Assembly (NCBI RefSeq): GCF_000315625.1
Contig: NW_005434481.1
Location: forward strand, 21,106 to 85,105
Origin: Guillardia theta CCMP2712
Taxonomy: Eukaryota > Protista > Cryptophyta
Reading direction: 5' to 3'
Length of the DNA stretch: 64,000 nucleotides
Shown here: piece by piece, positions 13,421 through 27,141 of the stretch
Layout of the letters: each line of letters begins with the position of its first letter
Position numbering within the stretch: position 1 is the first letter of the stretch
The notes under the pieces: model-generated
Told to the model about the DNA's origin: nothing
The model's database searches: none
What the model saw: only the letters and a program-made list of their open reading frames with translations
Position numbers and translations under genes: made by a program

Positions 13421-14363
13421 AAACTCACCCGTTCTTTTCCTGTAACCCATCTACAGATATCCAGCAACTGTCATTTTGTTGCTCAAGACTCGTCCTTTCC
13501 AGCAGAATGATGAAGCTTAGATTGACCCTGGGTACCCCAGCAAGTCAGTTTCGAACACGAGTACGAGGCTTCATTCTGATAGCCCTTTATTGCGTCAGAT
13601 TTGCACTCTCATCGTTCCTTGTGCCTGCGAGAGCAACTATAGAAGGAGACGATTGACCACCACAACGGTGCATGTCATAATCGAACACTGCAACCAGAAA
13701 GTGGTGGAGAAGCGAGCTTTTGGCTGGATCCAAGGCCCGCCGGGAACGGGGAAGACGACGACGACGCTAGCCTTCTGCTTGTCTCTTGACATGAGGGAAT
13801 GGAGCGTAACGCTCATCAGGCTGAATGCATCCGACAACGTTGATTGCATCCAAATCGTGGACGGTAAGAGGAGATCGTGCAGCATTCCAAAGCGCTCCTC
13901 GTGGGAAGGAATCAACAGAATGCTGGAAGAATGGCAGGACTACAAGAAGGGTTTTGTGGTCCTGGACGGGTTCTTGAGGCATGAATCACATCACGTAGAC
14001 TTCTTGGACGCATGTAGGAAATGGCTGCTAGCTGATCGAGAGAATCGGCGGGTTGTAGTAGCGACATCGATGTTGGAGACCCAGTCGGGAGGAGAACCCC
14101 GTCCTCCGACGCACACGAGGAGGCTGCTTGTACTCCATCCAGGCTCGCCCGTTTCTTCTTCTGTAACCCAGCACGGATATTCAGCCCCTGTCAGTTTGTT
14201 TCACAAGACCCGTCCTTTCCAGCAGTCCTTTCCAGCAGAATGATTGAGCTTAGATTGAGCGCCCTGGGTACCCCAGCAAGTCAGTTTCAAACGTGAATAC
14301 CAGGCTTCATTCTGATAGCCCTTTATTGCGTCAGATTTGCACTCTCATCGTGCCTGGTGCCTG
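13380..14363 (+). repeat. diverged ~250-bp direct repeat (13380-13628 / 14110-14363) flanking an NTPase gene fragment
   Basis: Shared blocks cgcacacgaggaggctgctt, cgtcctttccagcagaatga, ccctgggtaccccagcaagtcagttt and ggcttcattctgatagccctttattgcgtcagatttgcactctcatcgt. Confidence 0.9.
13696..14073 (+). pseudogene. 378-bp partial copy of the Walker A/B region of the downstream Crinkler-like gene
   Basis: Matches 15302-15679 with about 7 substitutions counted by eye. Truncated at both ends. Confidence 0.9.
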
Positions 14364-14631
14364 CTTGCAAGGTGGCCTAGCTCGACAGTGCTTCGACGTG
14401 GTAAGGATCTGTAAGCTATGGATCTGTAAGCTTTTAGTCTTCTTACACGTTCTGATCATACGAACATTCTTCGCTCCTTTACTTGTAACATACATGTCGC
14501 TACCCAGCTTCAAGTCCACACTTCTCCGTCGACCCTCGAGGCGCACCATTGGTGAAAGGTTTTTCTTTAGTACCCCCACTGATGACCCCTACCGAGTGCC
14601 GTATATTCGTGGGTACTGCTCGGTGCGCTGT

Positions 14632-16665
14632 ATGGCAGAGCAGGTCGGCAAGGCTGACAAGGACCCGCTTGCTGAGGTCAAGACGCGCAGCCCGCAGAGA
14701 GAAGCAAGAGGGCGAGGGGCGAGGGCTATGGGCGCTAGGGAGGGAGGACGAGGTGATATCTCGGGAGGGGGGGAGATATGCGAGTCATCGCCGGAAGGGA
14801 ACAACGAGGCGAGCAAGAGGCGCCGGGTGTGCTACTCTGGGATGAATGTCAGTAACCAGTCTGCCGAGCAGGAAGGAGAAGGATATGTCAAGCCTGTAGG
14901 AACAGATATCAAGGGGGTAGAAGAAAAGATCGAGCATGTAGAAGCTAAAATAAGGGGGGTAGAAGGAAAGATACAGCTTGTGGAACAAAACATCCGGGAT
15001 GTACTGGATCAGATCAGACATGAACAGGATCCCACGATGAAGGCTGCCCTTGTCAGGAGACACGAGCAGCTTGGAGCACGTCTGACGCAGCTTGGAGAAG
15101 AAAAACTTATCCTTTTGAGACAGAGCACCGGATCCCATGTGCCACCGATTGCTTGGATCGAGTCAGATGCAAGACTGGATCGGACGGGCTTTTGCAACGA
15201 CCACAAGTACTTTCGTCTCGATGCATCCTACCTACAAAGAGACGGAGAGCTTCTTCTCTACTGCCGGGAAGCTTTCAAGAATCAGCATTGTTTCCTGAGG
15301 GAGAAGGTGGTGGAGAAGCGAGCTTTTGGCTGGATCCAAGGCCCGCCGGGAACGGGGAAGACGACGACGACGCTAGCCTTCTGCTTGTCTCTTGACATGA
15401 GGGAATGGAGCGTAACGCTCATCAGGCTGAATGCATCCGACAACGTTGATTGCATCCAAATCCTCGGCGATAAGAGGAGATCGTGCAGCATTCCAAAGCG
15501 CTCCTCGTGGGAAGGAATCAACAGAATGCTGGAAGAATGGCAGGACTACAAGAAGGGTCTTGTGGTCCTGGACGGGTTCTTGAGGCATGAATCACATCAC
15601 GTAGACTTCTTGGACGCATGTAGGAAATGGCTGCTAGCTGATCGAGAGAATCGGCGGGTTGTAGTAACGACATCGATGTCTTCTCGAGGAAAGACAAACG
15701 ATGAAGCTGACAATCGGGTGAATCTCCAAGAGCACACCGTTGTATCTTGGACGGAGAGTGAGTACCTGGAAGCAGTGGAGTGGGACGATTTCTATCAGGG
15801 TGTAGCATGCATGCTGGAGGAGGACGAAAGTGCGGCGAGCATGGGCTTGAAGACATGGAAGAGGAACAGGTCTGAACGAGAGAAGATCAAGCTGAAATAC
15901 TACCTGGCTGGCGGCTCATGTCGGTACATGTTCGAGACGCCCGCATCATTGGTGAAACAGAGGCTGGATACGGCTTTGAGATTCTGTCCAAACCTAGAAA
16001 TCATCTTCAATGGCAACATAGGCGACTCATCACCGCAGACTGTAAACCGCTTGATTGCGTGCTTCGAGTACAACGGGGAATCGAACTGGATGCCTGTGAG
16101 CAAGTATGTCGCGACGAAGCTTGCAGAAGCGGTAGAACTAGACACGTTGACGAGGCTTTTCTCAAAGTATGGGGCAAGCAATCCGACTACAAGGGGCCAT
16201 CTTTTCGAGCTTTTCTTTTTCAAGAAGATCAAGTACGGGCTGAGCCTGAGGTATCGGGGATCTCAAGAGCTCACGCAATGGGAGGGATGTCCAGTCATCA
16301 CCTTTGATGCAAAGGGAGGCATGCAAACGCTTCCTGCAGAGAGAACTTGCTTGAAGCCCGTCAACCCCCTTCAAGGAGGCTACGACGCTATCATAGTAGA
16401 GCCTCGCGGGAAGTTAGTAGAGTTTGTGCAGGTGACAGAGGCAAACGTCCACGCTTTCAAGCTGGCTTTCTTCGCAGAGGCTCTCACGGGGCTTGGCATC
16501 CCAGCAGCTGGATGGAAGGTGAGGGTGGTGTTCATGGTGCCGCGAGAAAGTCTCGAGGCCTTTCGGATAGGTCAAATCACGGGCAGCGGTGCGCTGGAGG
16601 AGTACGGATGGAAGCGAGGGCAGGAAGGGAGGCAGGCAGAGGTAGCGGGTATTGATATCGCGTGA
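14632..16665 (+). CDS. Crinkler/RHS-type effector-like protein: coiled-coil header + P-loop NTPase + PD-(D/E)xK restriction-endonuclease-fold domain
   Basis: Walker A WIQGPPGTGKT, Walker B VVLDG and post-NTPase YLAGGSCRYMF. REase-like motifs RGHLFE...LKPVNPLQGGYDAII...VEFVQVT.ANVH. Heptad repeat IKGVEEKIEHVEAKIRGVEGKI. Start codon uncertain (the ORF is open from 14293). Confidence 0.8.
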   Translation: MAEQVGKADKDPLAEVKTRSPQREARGRGARAMGAREGGRGDISGGGEICESSPEGNNEASKRRRVCYSGMNVSNQSAEQEGEGYVKPVGTDIKGVEEKIEHVEAKIRGVEGKIQLVEQNIRDVLDQIRHEQDPTMKAALVRRHEQLGARLTQLGEEKLILLRQSTGSHVPPIAWIESDARLDRTGFCNDHKYFRLDASYLQRDGELLLYCREAFKNQHCFLREKVVEKRAFGWIQGPPGTGKTTTTLAFCLSLDMREWSVTLIRLNASDNVDCIQILGDKRRSCSIPKRSSWEGINRMLEEWQDYKKGLVVLDGFLRHESHHVDFLDACRKWLLADRENRRVVVTTSMSSRGKTNDEADNRVNLQEHTVVSWTESEYLEAVEWDDFYQGVACMLEEDESAASMGLKTWKRNRSEREKIKLKYYLAGGSCRYMFETPASLVKQRLDTALRFCPNLEIIFNGNIGDSSPQTVNRLIACFEYNGESNWMPVSKYVATKLAEAVELDTLTRLFSKYGASNPTTRGHLFELFFFKKIKYGLSLRYRGSQELTQWEGCPVITFDAKGGMQTLPAERTCLKPVNPLQGGYDAIIVEPRGKLVEFVQVTEANVHAFKLAFFAEALTGLGIPAAGWKVRVVFMVPRESLEAFRIGQITGSGALEEYGWKRGQEGRQAEVAGIDIA

Positions 16666-16885
16666 GCTCACCGGCATTAGCAAGGGAGAGCGGGGGAGGC
16701 GTATGGCAGGCGAGGCAAAGATCCGACAAGGAGCGGCGGCTGGTCACCAAGAGTCTGGGAAGATGATCAGCCTGATGAGATTGACGTGTTGTGGAATAGA
16801 CTCTTCACTCGCAGGGCCCGGGTAGTGTGTACTGAGAGGTTGAAAGGCAAACTAGTTGATCACTTTCACGTTGTACTTGACTCAA

Positions 16886-16953
16886 CAGTGTCATAATGTG
16901 AGACGGTAGCCCAACGTGCCAGTGTCATAATGTGAGACGGTAGCCCAACGTGC
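16886..16953 (+). repeat. perfect 34-bp tandem duplication
   Basis: cagtgtcataatgtgagacggtagcccaacgtgc occurs twice in tandem. Confidence 0.95.
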
Positions 16954-17169
16954 ATTACGCTCATACAACTTGACTTGGCTTGTGCTTACTTGAGTTCGAA
17001 GTCTCTCCGACCGTTCACATCTCCTAAGTTGCGCACCTCAGGGAGTCATTGCGATGTACTGCTGCAATTTCCCTGATCTCCTTGATGAAACGTGCCAATA
17101 TGAAGCCTCACAGTGAAGGAAACACATGATTCTTGAAGCTTTAAGTCTGCTGCCCACTTGTTACCAAAC

Positions 17170-17980
17170 GGCGGAGGCCGGCCCCCGCTTGGCTTGAAGG
17201 TTCAACCGGTTGCCTGCCGACTGGCGGCTCACGGTGGAACCGTATCCGACTCCGGTGGCCGGCGGCGGTCGGAGCCTGGCCGCGTCACTCAGAGGCTTTC
17301 ATGCGCCCACCCGGAGGTTTTGATGGATCCGATACATGATGCGGCGGCCAGCCGACGGTGCCAGTCAGATAATGATAGCCCCACTGAGCCAAGTTAACAA
17401 AAACTCTCCTGTAAACCAAGACGACTTACTCGGCGTGTTTCAAGCCTCGGAGGCAACTTGAATGTAGTGCAGAGACGAAGAGGAGACTCCTTCCCCGGGC
17501 CGCGGGCGACCTAGCGTGTGGGTGCTCAGCCTAGACGGTGTGTTTCACATTCTAGCATACAGTCTATGAAGGCTCTCATGTGCTCCTCAATGCCTTGAGC
17601 AAAAACTCACTGAGTCAGGTCTTGTTACCATTGAGATTGATGTGATATCTGCTTGACTTGAAGTCACGGAGTTGGCACAGCCTACAAGTCTAACAACTTG
17701 ACTTGCCAAACTTGTGCTCCCGGCTGAGTCCGTTCAAGCTTAAGTTTGGCAAAGTGGATCGCCCCGGCGGCGGCCGCCGGCGCCGTGGCCCCGCCGGTCC
17801 GATCATCATGACGCTACTCAAACGGCGCTACTAGGCCCGGCCACTAGTGCCCATCGGGGCCCGGGCCTGGGCCCGGGCCCGCCGGGTCATGGGTCACCGG
17901 GTTGGTACGCCGTGCGCCGGTCCGATCCGATCCGATCGGGCACTGGGCCCGGCCCGGTGACAGTCCGGTCCGATCCGGCT
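17170..17980. repeat. GC-rich short-palindrome patches (17170-17360, 17494-17510, 17760-17980)
   Basis: Dense ggcc/ccgg/cccggg/gatc words. Inverted repeat ttgccaaactt (17703-17713) with aagtttggcaa (17742-17752). Confidence 0.75.
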
Positions 17981-18844
17981 TTTTTTCCTTGGAAGGTTTT
18001 CTGGTTACAAGTACCCCTCCTTTCTAGTACATTTCCCAGGACTTGGGATAGGTACGGCTGTCGTTCCAGAACAGGCTGTACCCCAAGCACAATCACCCCG
18101 ATTTCTTTACCCACCCCTACACACATTCAAGCTCAATTTGAATGTACCCCTCCATTGCACTAGAGGTAGAGGCGGTTCTCAAGTCAAAATCTTACAAATA
18201 CCCACCCCCACCCTTCTCAAAAACACCCCCTCCTAACGCGCAGCACCAAACAGATCTCACCCCTATTTTCTAGCTCAGTTGTTGAGATTTTTGAGGGTGG
18301 GGTAGATGGAGCTGTGGAGCTGCTAGCCAGGGGGACACCCTGTCCTTCGTCAACCTGTCACTATGCAGAGTCGAAGGATCAAAATTTCTTTGTTCTTGCT
18401 GATGCATGTTGTGCATGCCTCATATTTTTCCTCCCTCATCTTCATATTCCTGCAGCATGCCCTCCTGCATTCCTGTATCACAATTTGTTTCTCTTTCCTC
18501 TCTAAGTGACCCTATCCCTTGGTTCCCTTTGCGATGGGAAACCATCGAATTGTTTATCGAACATTCATGTATCATTGTCTTTGTACGTTACCATCTCCAA
18601 GAGGTCTCGTTTGATTATCTTTTCGTTGTGATTCTATCATTTGACTTATGCAAAGTGCATTGTTCCTGGAAATGTATGTCTCGTCTGGTCTGATCAAAAA
18701 TGTGTTTGCTGCCACATGAAGCTTTAGAATGTAAAAATGCCGATGAATTCTTGATGCTTCTCGAGCTATTTTCAATTGAAACATCGTATCGTTATGTCAA
18801 AGTGAAGCGTTGCTGATGCTTGTTTTGTTTTGTTCAGGAACAAA

Positions 18845-21475
<2,631 letters not shown>

Positions 21476-22482
21476 ATTGGCTATCGTTGTAGTTCAACAG
21501 GTAGTGCTCCTTTCGGGCTGGCGATTGGCCGCCCTCAGCTTTCCTGCTGTTCGCTGCAAGTAAAGATTTTGATTGCGCATGGGCATGTCTCGTCAGTTCT
21601 CCTTGCCATTCTGTTGTCAGTCTCATTGTTCAACTCAGATAGAGTTGAGCTGTTGCAGTTCTCTTGTTGTCAAATCAGTTTCGAGGCGAACAAGCTTGAT
21701 AAGAGCATGTTTGCCTACTTCACTCTCCGATAACGAGATGTTGGAGCCTTGGAGAACATAACAGCGATTTATTGCAAGCAAATGCAGCATAGTAGAGAAA
21801 AGATGGCATGGAGCACTTTGATTTAAGCCTTACGGCCGAAATGCAAGGTTAGTTTGAGTTGGGTAAGTTGAGTGAGATGATTTGAGGTGAGATAAGGGGG
21901 ACTGGCAGAAGTTGCATCGAGATCAAGTATCATATTCAACACAAGACGAATTGAGACAAATTGAAATAGTTATGCAAGAATCAGCATCTTTATCGTCGTT
22001 GTTCATGACTTCATTCCAACTCAACAGAGTGTCTCCTGTGTCTACAAACCTAATCGTCATCACTTAAAGTTGGTGAACTCCCTCACCATGAATGTTTGCA
22101 ACGCCATCTACTCATGGAGCAGCATAATTGCAATCGCACTGAGCGTCTGCTAGTATGAGATCACTGCAGCCGTCAGTTGCAGGATGGAATTACATCCATC
22201 GGATAATCTCTTCCGATCAAAATCTGGTAAGCTTGTTCTGTTTGTTACTTCTACAACGCAGCCCTCCTTTCGTTTCAACTATGACGTCTCTTGACGATAA
22301 TGGAGACCAAGTTTCTATTGCAAAGCTTATTTATTTCATAATCACGTTTCACAGGTTGTGTTTTATTGTACAACATTCATCACTCGAGAGTTGATTGGTG
22401 GCTACTAACTTACAACTGAAAGAATCGATCTTCAAGAATAATCGCGCGTCTCATTGACATGTCTTCGATGCCTCTCACTCGT

Positions 22483-22925
22483 TCACAAAGACACGCATCG
22501 CATCTTCGCTGCCAGAAATTCTTCCAGACTGACTACCCCGCTGCCAGTGTGCATGTTGTCGAACAGATCCGCCAGCTCGTCTTGGCTCATTCTATGTCTC
22601 AGACCCTCAAACAAGGTGTCGACCGGGAGAACTCCTTCATCTGGTGCACAGTAAGAAAACAGCAGTGAACTCTCCTCTCCTCTCCCTAACCTTTCTTGTC
22701 CAACCTCTTGAACTCCCATCGCGCGCTAGCATCGACGCTCTCGGCATACTCGGAGAAGTTCATCTCCAAAGCATTCCTGAAGGCGTCACAGACCTCCTTG
22801 GTCATGGCTACTTTCCTTGCATAGCCGGCCTTGCAAGTTTTCCAGCCGAGCCTGTCCGGCAACGGCACTTCTTCGAAGTCGACAGAGGACGTAGAGGACG
22901 TGGAGGACATTGGTGATTCCGCCAT
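22483..22925 (-). CDS. small protein with a degenerate EF-hand pair (intron 22641-22690)
   Basis: MAESPMSS...WEFKRLDKKDEGVLPVDTLFEGLRHRMSQDELADLFDNMHTGSGVVSLEEF. Clearly similar to the C-terminal EF pair of the gene at 29992-31517. Confidence 0.75.
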
Positions 22926-24931
22926 ATGTTGTGTGTATCGAGACTCTAGATCACTAGAATATGAAGGAAGCGACTGCTGCAGGAGAAGGGAGGAGGAGAA
23001 GGGCGGGAAGGAAACGAGATGCAGGAGGGGTGGGCAAGAAGCTTCAAGGAGCGAGCGAGGAAGCAGGAAGAGCCAATGGAGGAAAGGAGCAGATGAGGAC
23101 GCGGTTGAAGGAGTGGGAAGGGAGGTGCTAAGGGTCATGGCGCAGAGCGATGGGGTATAGGGGGTAGGGTCCATTGGCAAGGAATGGACTTTAGTAGATT
23201 GGTGGGTGTTCACTGATAGTAAATGAGGGGTGGGGTGGTGATAAAACTTCGAAGGATGTAGCACGGGTGCTCACTTATGAGGGGGGGGGTAGGGTAGGAA
23301 AGAAATGTCTTGCAAGTTGATTGGATACGTTGGGGGTGGGTATAGAAGGAATTAAGTGAACTGACCATAAGGGGTAGATGCCACCCAGAATTTCATCCAA
23401 TATTTGGAGCGTAGATATATAACTTACTAAATTTGAAATATCATCAGAATGTTCACGATTAGAACTTAACTATTCACCCACCCCTGTATGAGCCCCACCT
23501 AGGTTCGGTCAACCCGAATTGACCACCCCTACCTCTCCCGTATGTTTTGATTGCGGTCAACAACCGATGACCACCAGATATTAATAATACTAGTAAGCTT
23601 ATCAATAACCATTATAAGTATAAATATTTATTGCCAAGGGCTGCTGCAAAATTCGTCCTTGAAAATGTTACAGAGATTTTGAAATTTCATGGAAAATATC
23701 GAAAAAAGGAACGAAAAAGAATGAGATTTAAATAGCCAAGTATCTTTTACGAACATACCAAGTATCATTTACGACCAGGTGGGGTGGGGTAGTCAAACAG
23801 TGGGAAGGTAGGGGAAACAAAGAGCAGGACCGGTGCTGACTGAAGATCACTAGGGGTCATGATGTTCAGTGGTAGTGTGCAAAGGCACCGGTTAGTATTG
23901 AAAGTGTCTTGGTTTTAAGAGATGTAGTACCCCATTTTTCGATTTGAAAGAAGGGGTGGTGATTTTGGTTGAGGGGTGTCAGGATTACCTCTATGCTAAA
24001 GAGTGGGTACGGATGAAGAAGAGGGGGTCCTCATTGGATCATGTTGATAATGAAGGGGGTAGTGTGCTCCGTGTAGTGTTAGAGGAGGGGTACTCCTGTA
24101 GTCTAGGGAGCTGTGTCAGCAAGGGAAGTAAAAACGGGGGTGGGTCCAACCGGTGAGCCTTTGACTTGCTGATTTTCACTGCAGGGCAATAATGATGGGA
24201 AAGGCATGGGGGTATAGGTGATGTATTTATCGAGTGGATCAATAACTAAATCGGCGATATATATGACCCTATAATTGATCCAAAGAGAGTTCGATCAGCA
24301 GGCTCGTGCCTTGGGCTCGATTTTTTCCACTGTGCCTGTCTACCTTTGTGTGGCAGGTACTCTTTGGTGAGCCTTGGGGGTCTTTCATTTCATAAGTGTG
24401 GCACTAAGTTCATATGGGTAGGTATAGAGAAGGGGCCCATGGCTCAGTTTACCCCTGAGTTGACTTCTTTGCCAGGCACAACTGCAGGAGAAGAGGGGCT
24501 GACATGCTCTTTGTATCATATGGGCTCACTTAAGAAATCTCTGTCCATTACCCCTTCCCTCCTATAACCGACCCCTTCCTATTTGTCAGTTCCGTGAGTC
24601 TGAAAGGGGTGCCCTCGGGCCTTCCGATCTCGGACTGCCCGACGCACGAATCATGGGGCTTTTCAAAAAGGCGTGTAGGACTCGAGGGGCTACACGCCAA
24701 TTTCATCACTGAGAATACAGGAGCAGGTAGACGAAGAGGTAGTAGGAAAAGGGGGAGGGGAGGGGAGGGGAAGGGAGTGGCACAGCAAGGGTAAAAGTGT
24801 AGGGAGAAGAATGGATTCATCTATCGCCACGTTGCTTCAATGAGCAGTGGATTCACAACAAATTTCAGAAGATCCGATGTCATAACTTTCCGCTGTGGCT
24901 TGAAGTTGGAGGTGTCATTTGAGAGGTGAGG

Positions 24932-26170
24932 ATGTACACAAGACAGAAGCAAGTCCTGAAAAGCCTTTCAAGTTTCGCAGCTCTTGTGCTAGAAATGCGG
25001 GAGCATCACCTTCCCTGATATTTCCACCTCCACCCCCATCTCAATCTCGTTCTCTGCCTGTCGGGGTCACCAGACTCAACAGCTCCAGTTCACCTGTGTT
25101 TGTGCCCTCCACAGGACGATCGTCTCCTAGCATGAAGAGCACGGAAGTTTCCTCACGCAGAGCTGATTCTCTGTGTTGTGGCTTGAGTTTCACCGCCAGA
25201 TCCCTGGGGAGCCGGGCGGTCTTGACGACGAGGTCTATACCGGGCTGCACGGGAGCGGCCCCGAAGATCATGACAGGGGCCACGCTGACCTCATGGCCAT
25301 CATTGGCCTGAGCGGAGGCGATCTTGAGCAGTGTCTCCCATGGGACTCCGCCCGCGGTCGTGTTGCTTACAGAAGATCTGCAGGGCACGCACGAACGGGT
25401 GCTGGCAGGAGTAGATTAGAGGGGCTGTATGTTGCCTCTCACTCAGCTTGCACAGGCGCGTGGTCATATTTTGCCGGTATGAAATGCTTTATGATTTATA
25501 CACTCGATACACCGTCTGTCTTGTCCTCGGCGGATGACGGGCTCATTTCCGAGTGCTTCCTCTTCGTTGCCGTTTATATGCCCGCGCGGCCGAGTCTGTT
25601 TTTCGGTCAGTAATCATACGGTAGACGATGGAGTCCGAGAGCAGCTTGACACTGCCAAGATTCCCGGAGAGATGGCAGGTGTCGGGGTAGCTATCGGAGA
25701 AGCCCTGGCTCCATGCGAGCGCCTTGGTCTTGAAATCCTTCCAGTTGGTGTTGGATAGGGCAGAGCAGTCGGAGGGGAGCCTCTCTGACATGCTCTCACT
25801 GCGAATTTTGTTCTCTACCTTGCCCAGCACTGTCTCCATCTGGTCTCTCGAAGATAGCGGAAAGATAATCGATCTCTTGTCACTCAAGGCTTCCGAGCCC
25901 AACAACGTTTCGTGCAAGTCGTCTGGGATCATGTTCAAGGCTTCCGAGCCCAACAACTTTTCGTGCAAGTCGTCTGGGATCATGTCGGCCAAAAGAAGGC
26001 AGGTGTCGGGGTAGCTATCGGAGAAGCCCTGGCTCCATGCGAGCTCGTCTCCCGAAGATAGCGGAAAGATAATCGATCTCTCATCACTCAAGGCTTCCGA
26101 GCCCAACAACTTTTCGTTCCAGTCGTCTGGGGTCGAGTCTTCGATCCTTGAGCCCATGTTGTTCAAGCTC
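24932..26170 (-). pseudogene. copy 1 of a duplicated decayed gene of unknown family, with an internally shuffled 5' part
   Basis: High identity to 27142-28442. Fragmented ORFs 25041-25388 and 25543-26172. Internal re-duplicated segments at 25674-26130. Confidence 0.65.
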
Positions 26171-27141
26171 ATGAGTTGTCACCTGCGAGTACGGTTTAGT
26201 CTGCATATAGTATCACAGTGTGTCACGGCACGGTGATGGCAAAATGAGCTATAAAACACTGTGACACGCACACAGTGCCGCTTGCAAGCAACAAGAAGGC
26301 ACCAAGAAGCAAGAGACTTGTCAAGTGAGTGATGATGACACATTGATGGTTCTGGGGCGGGCTCAGCGATAGGGTTGCGGACTCCGGAAGGCTCCCTGAA
26401 AGTGACGGTTGCCGCGGCCGGGCAGTGCGGACTCGGGTATACCGTCAATCATACGGAGGGGCAGTATGGAGTTCCGGAGTCAGGATGTGGGTTATCATAG
26501 TAAACCTGAGGCGTCCGTAACCGTGGGTGGTCTGCCTGGGCCTGGACCTTTCTCCCTGGCCGCCTTCGCTTATAAAGAGTGTGACTGAGTTGCCCGGGGG
26601 ATCCGAGGACCCCCGACGGCCTCAGCCTGTACTGTACTACCGTACCCGCCCTATACGCTTCTACCCCTGCTTTACCCCGTATGAACAAGGGTAGGGGTAT
26701 CTTTTTAGGAGGGAGTGGGTGAGTTTGCATGGAAATCGCAATGGCAGCATGGTGGCGACCAGGGTTGAGGATGATGAATTCAGCCTGTGCAATGATGACA
26801 ATCACGAAACCATCCTGTCAGAGAATGAAAGTTGTCAGATCTATATCATCGGATGTCAATCATTTGGATGTCATCGTTGCAGTGTTTGATGTTTCTACAA
26901 TTCGTTTTCTCTTTTTTCGACTCGCCACGCAATCCCCGCAGCCGGGGCATGTTACTGGTGAACTCTCCATGATATTCTACTGACTCATCACACAATCGTT
27001 CTATGGTGTTGCTCTATGTGTTATTTCTGGTTCCTCGTCATCACTTTTTGTTCCATCCTGTACATCGAAAACTTCACGCTAGTGCGTTTTGCTGAGAACA
27101 ATTCGCTTGTTCGAAAGCTCGCTTCTTCGAATGCTCATAGC

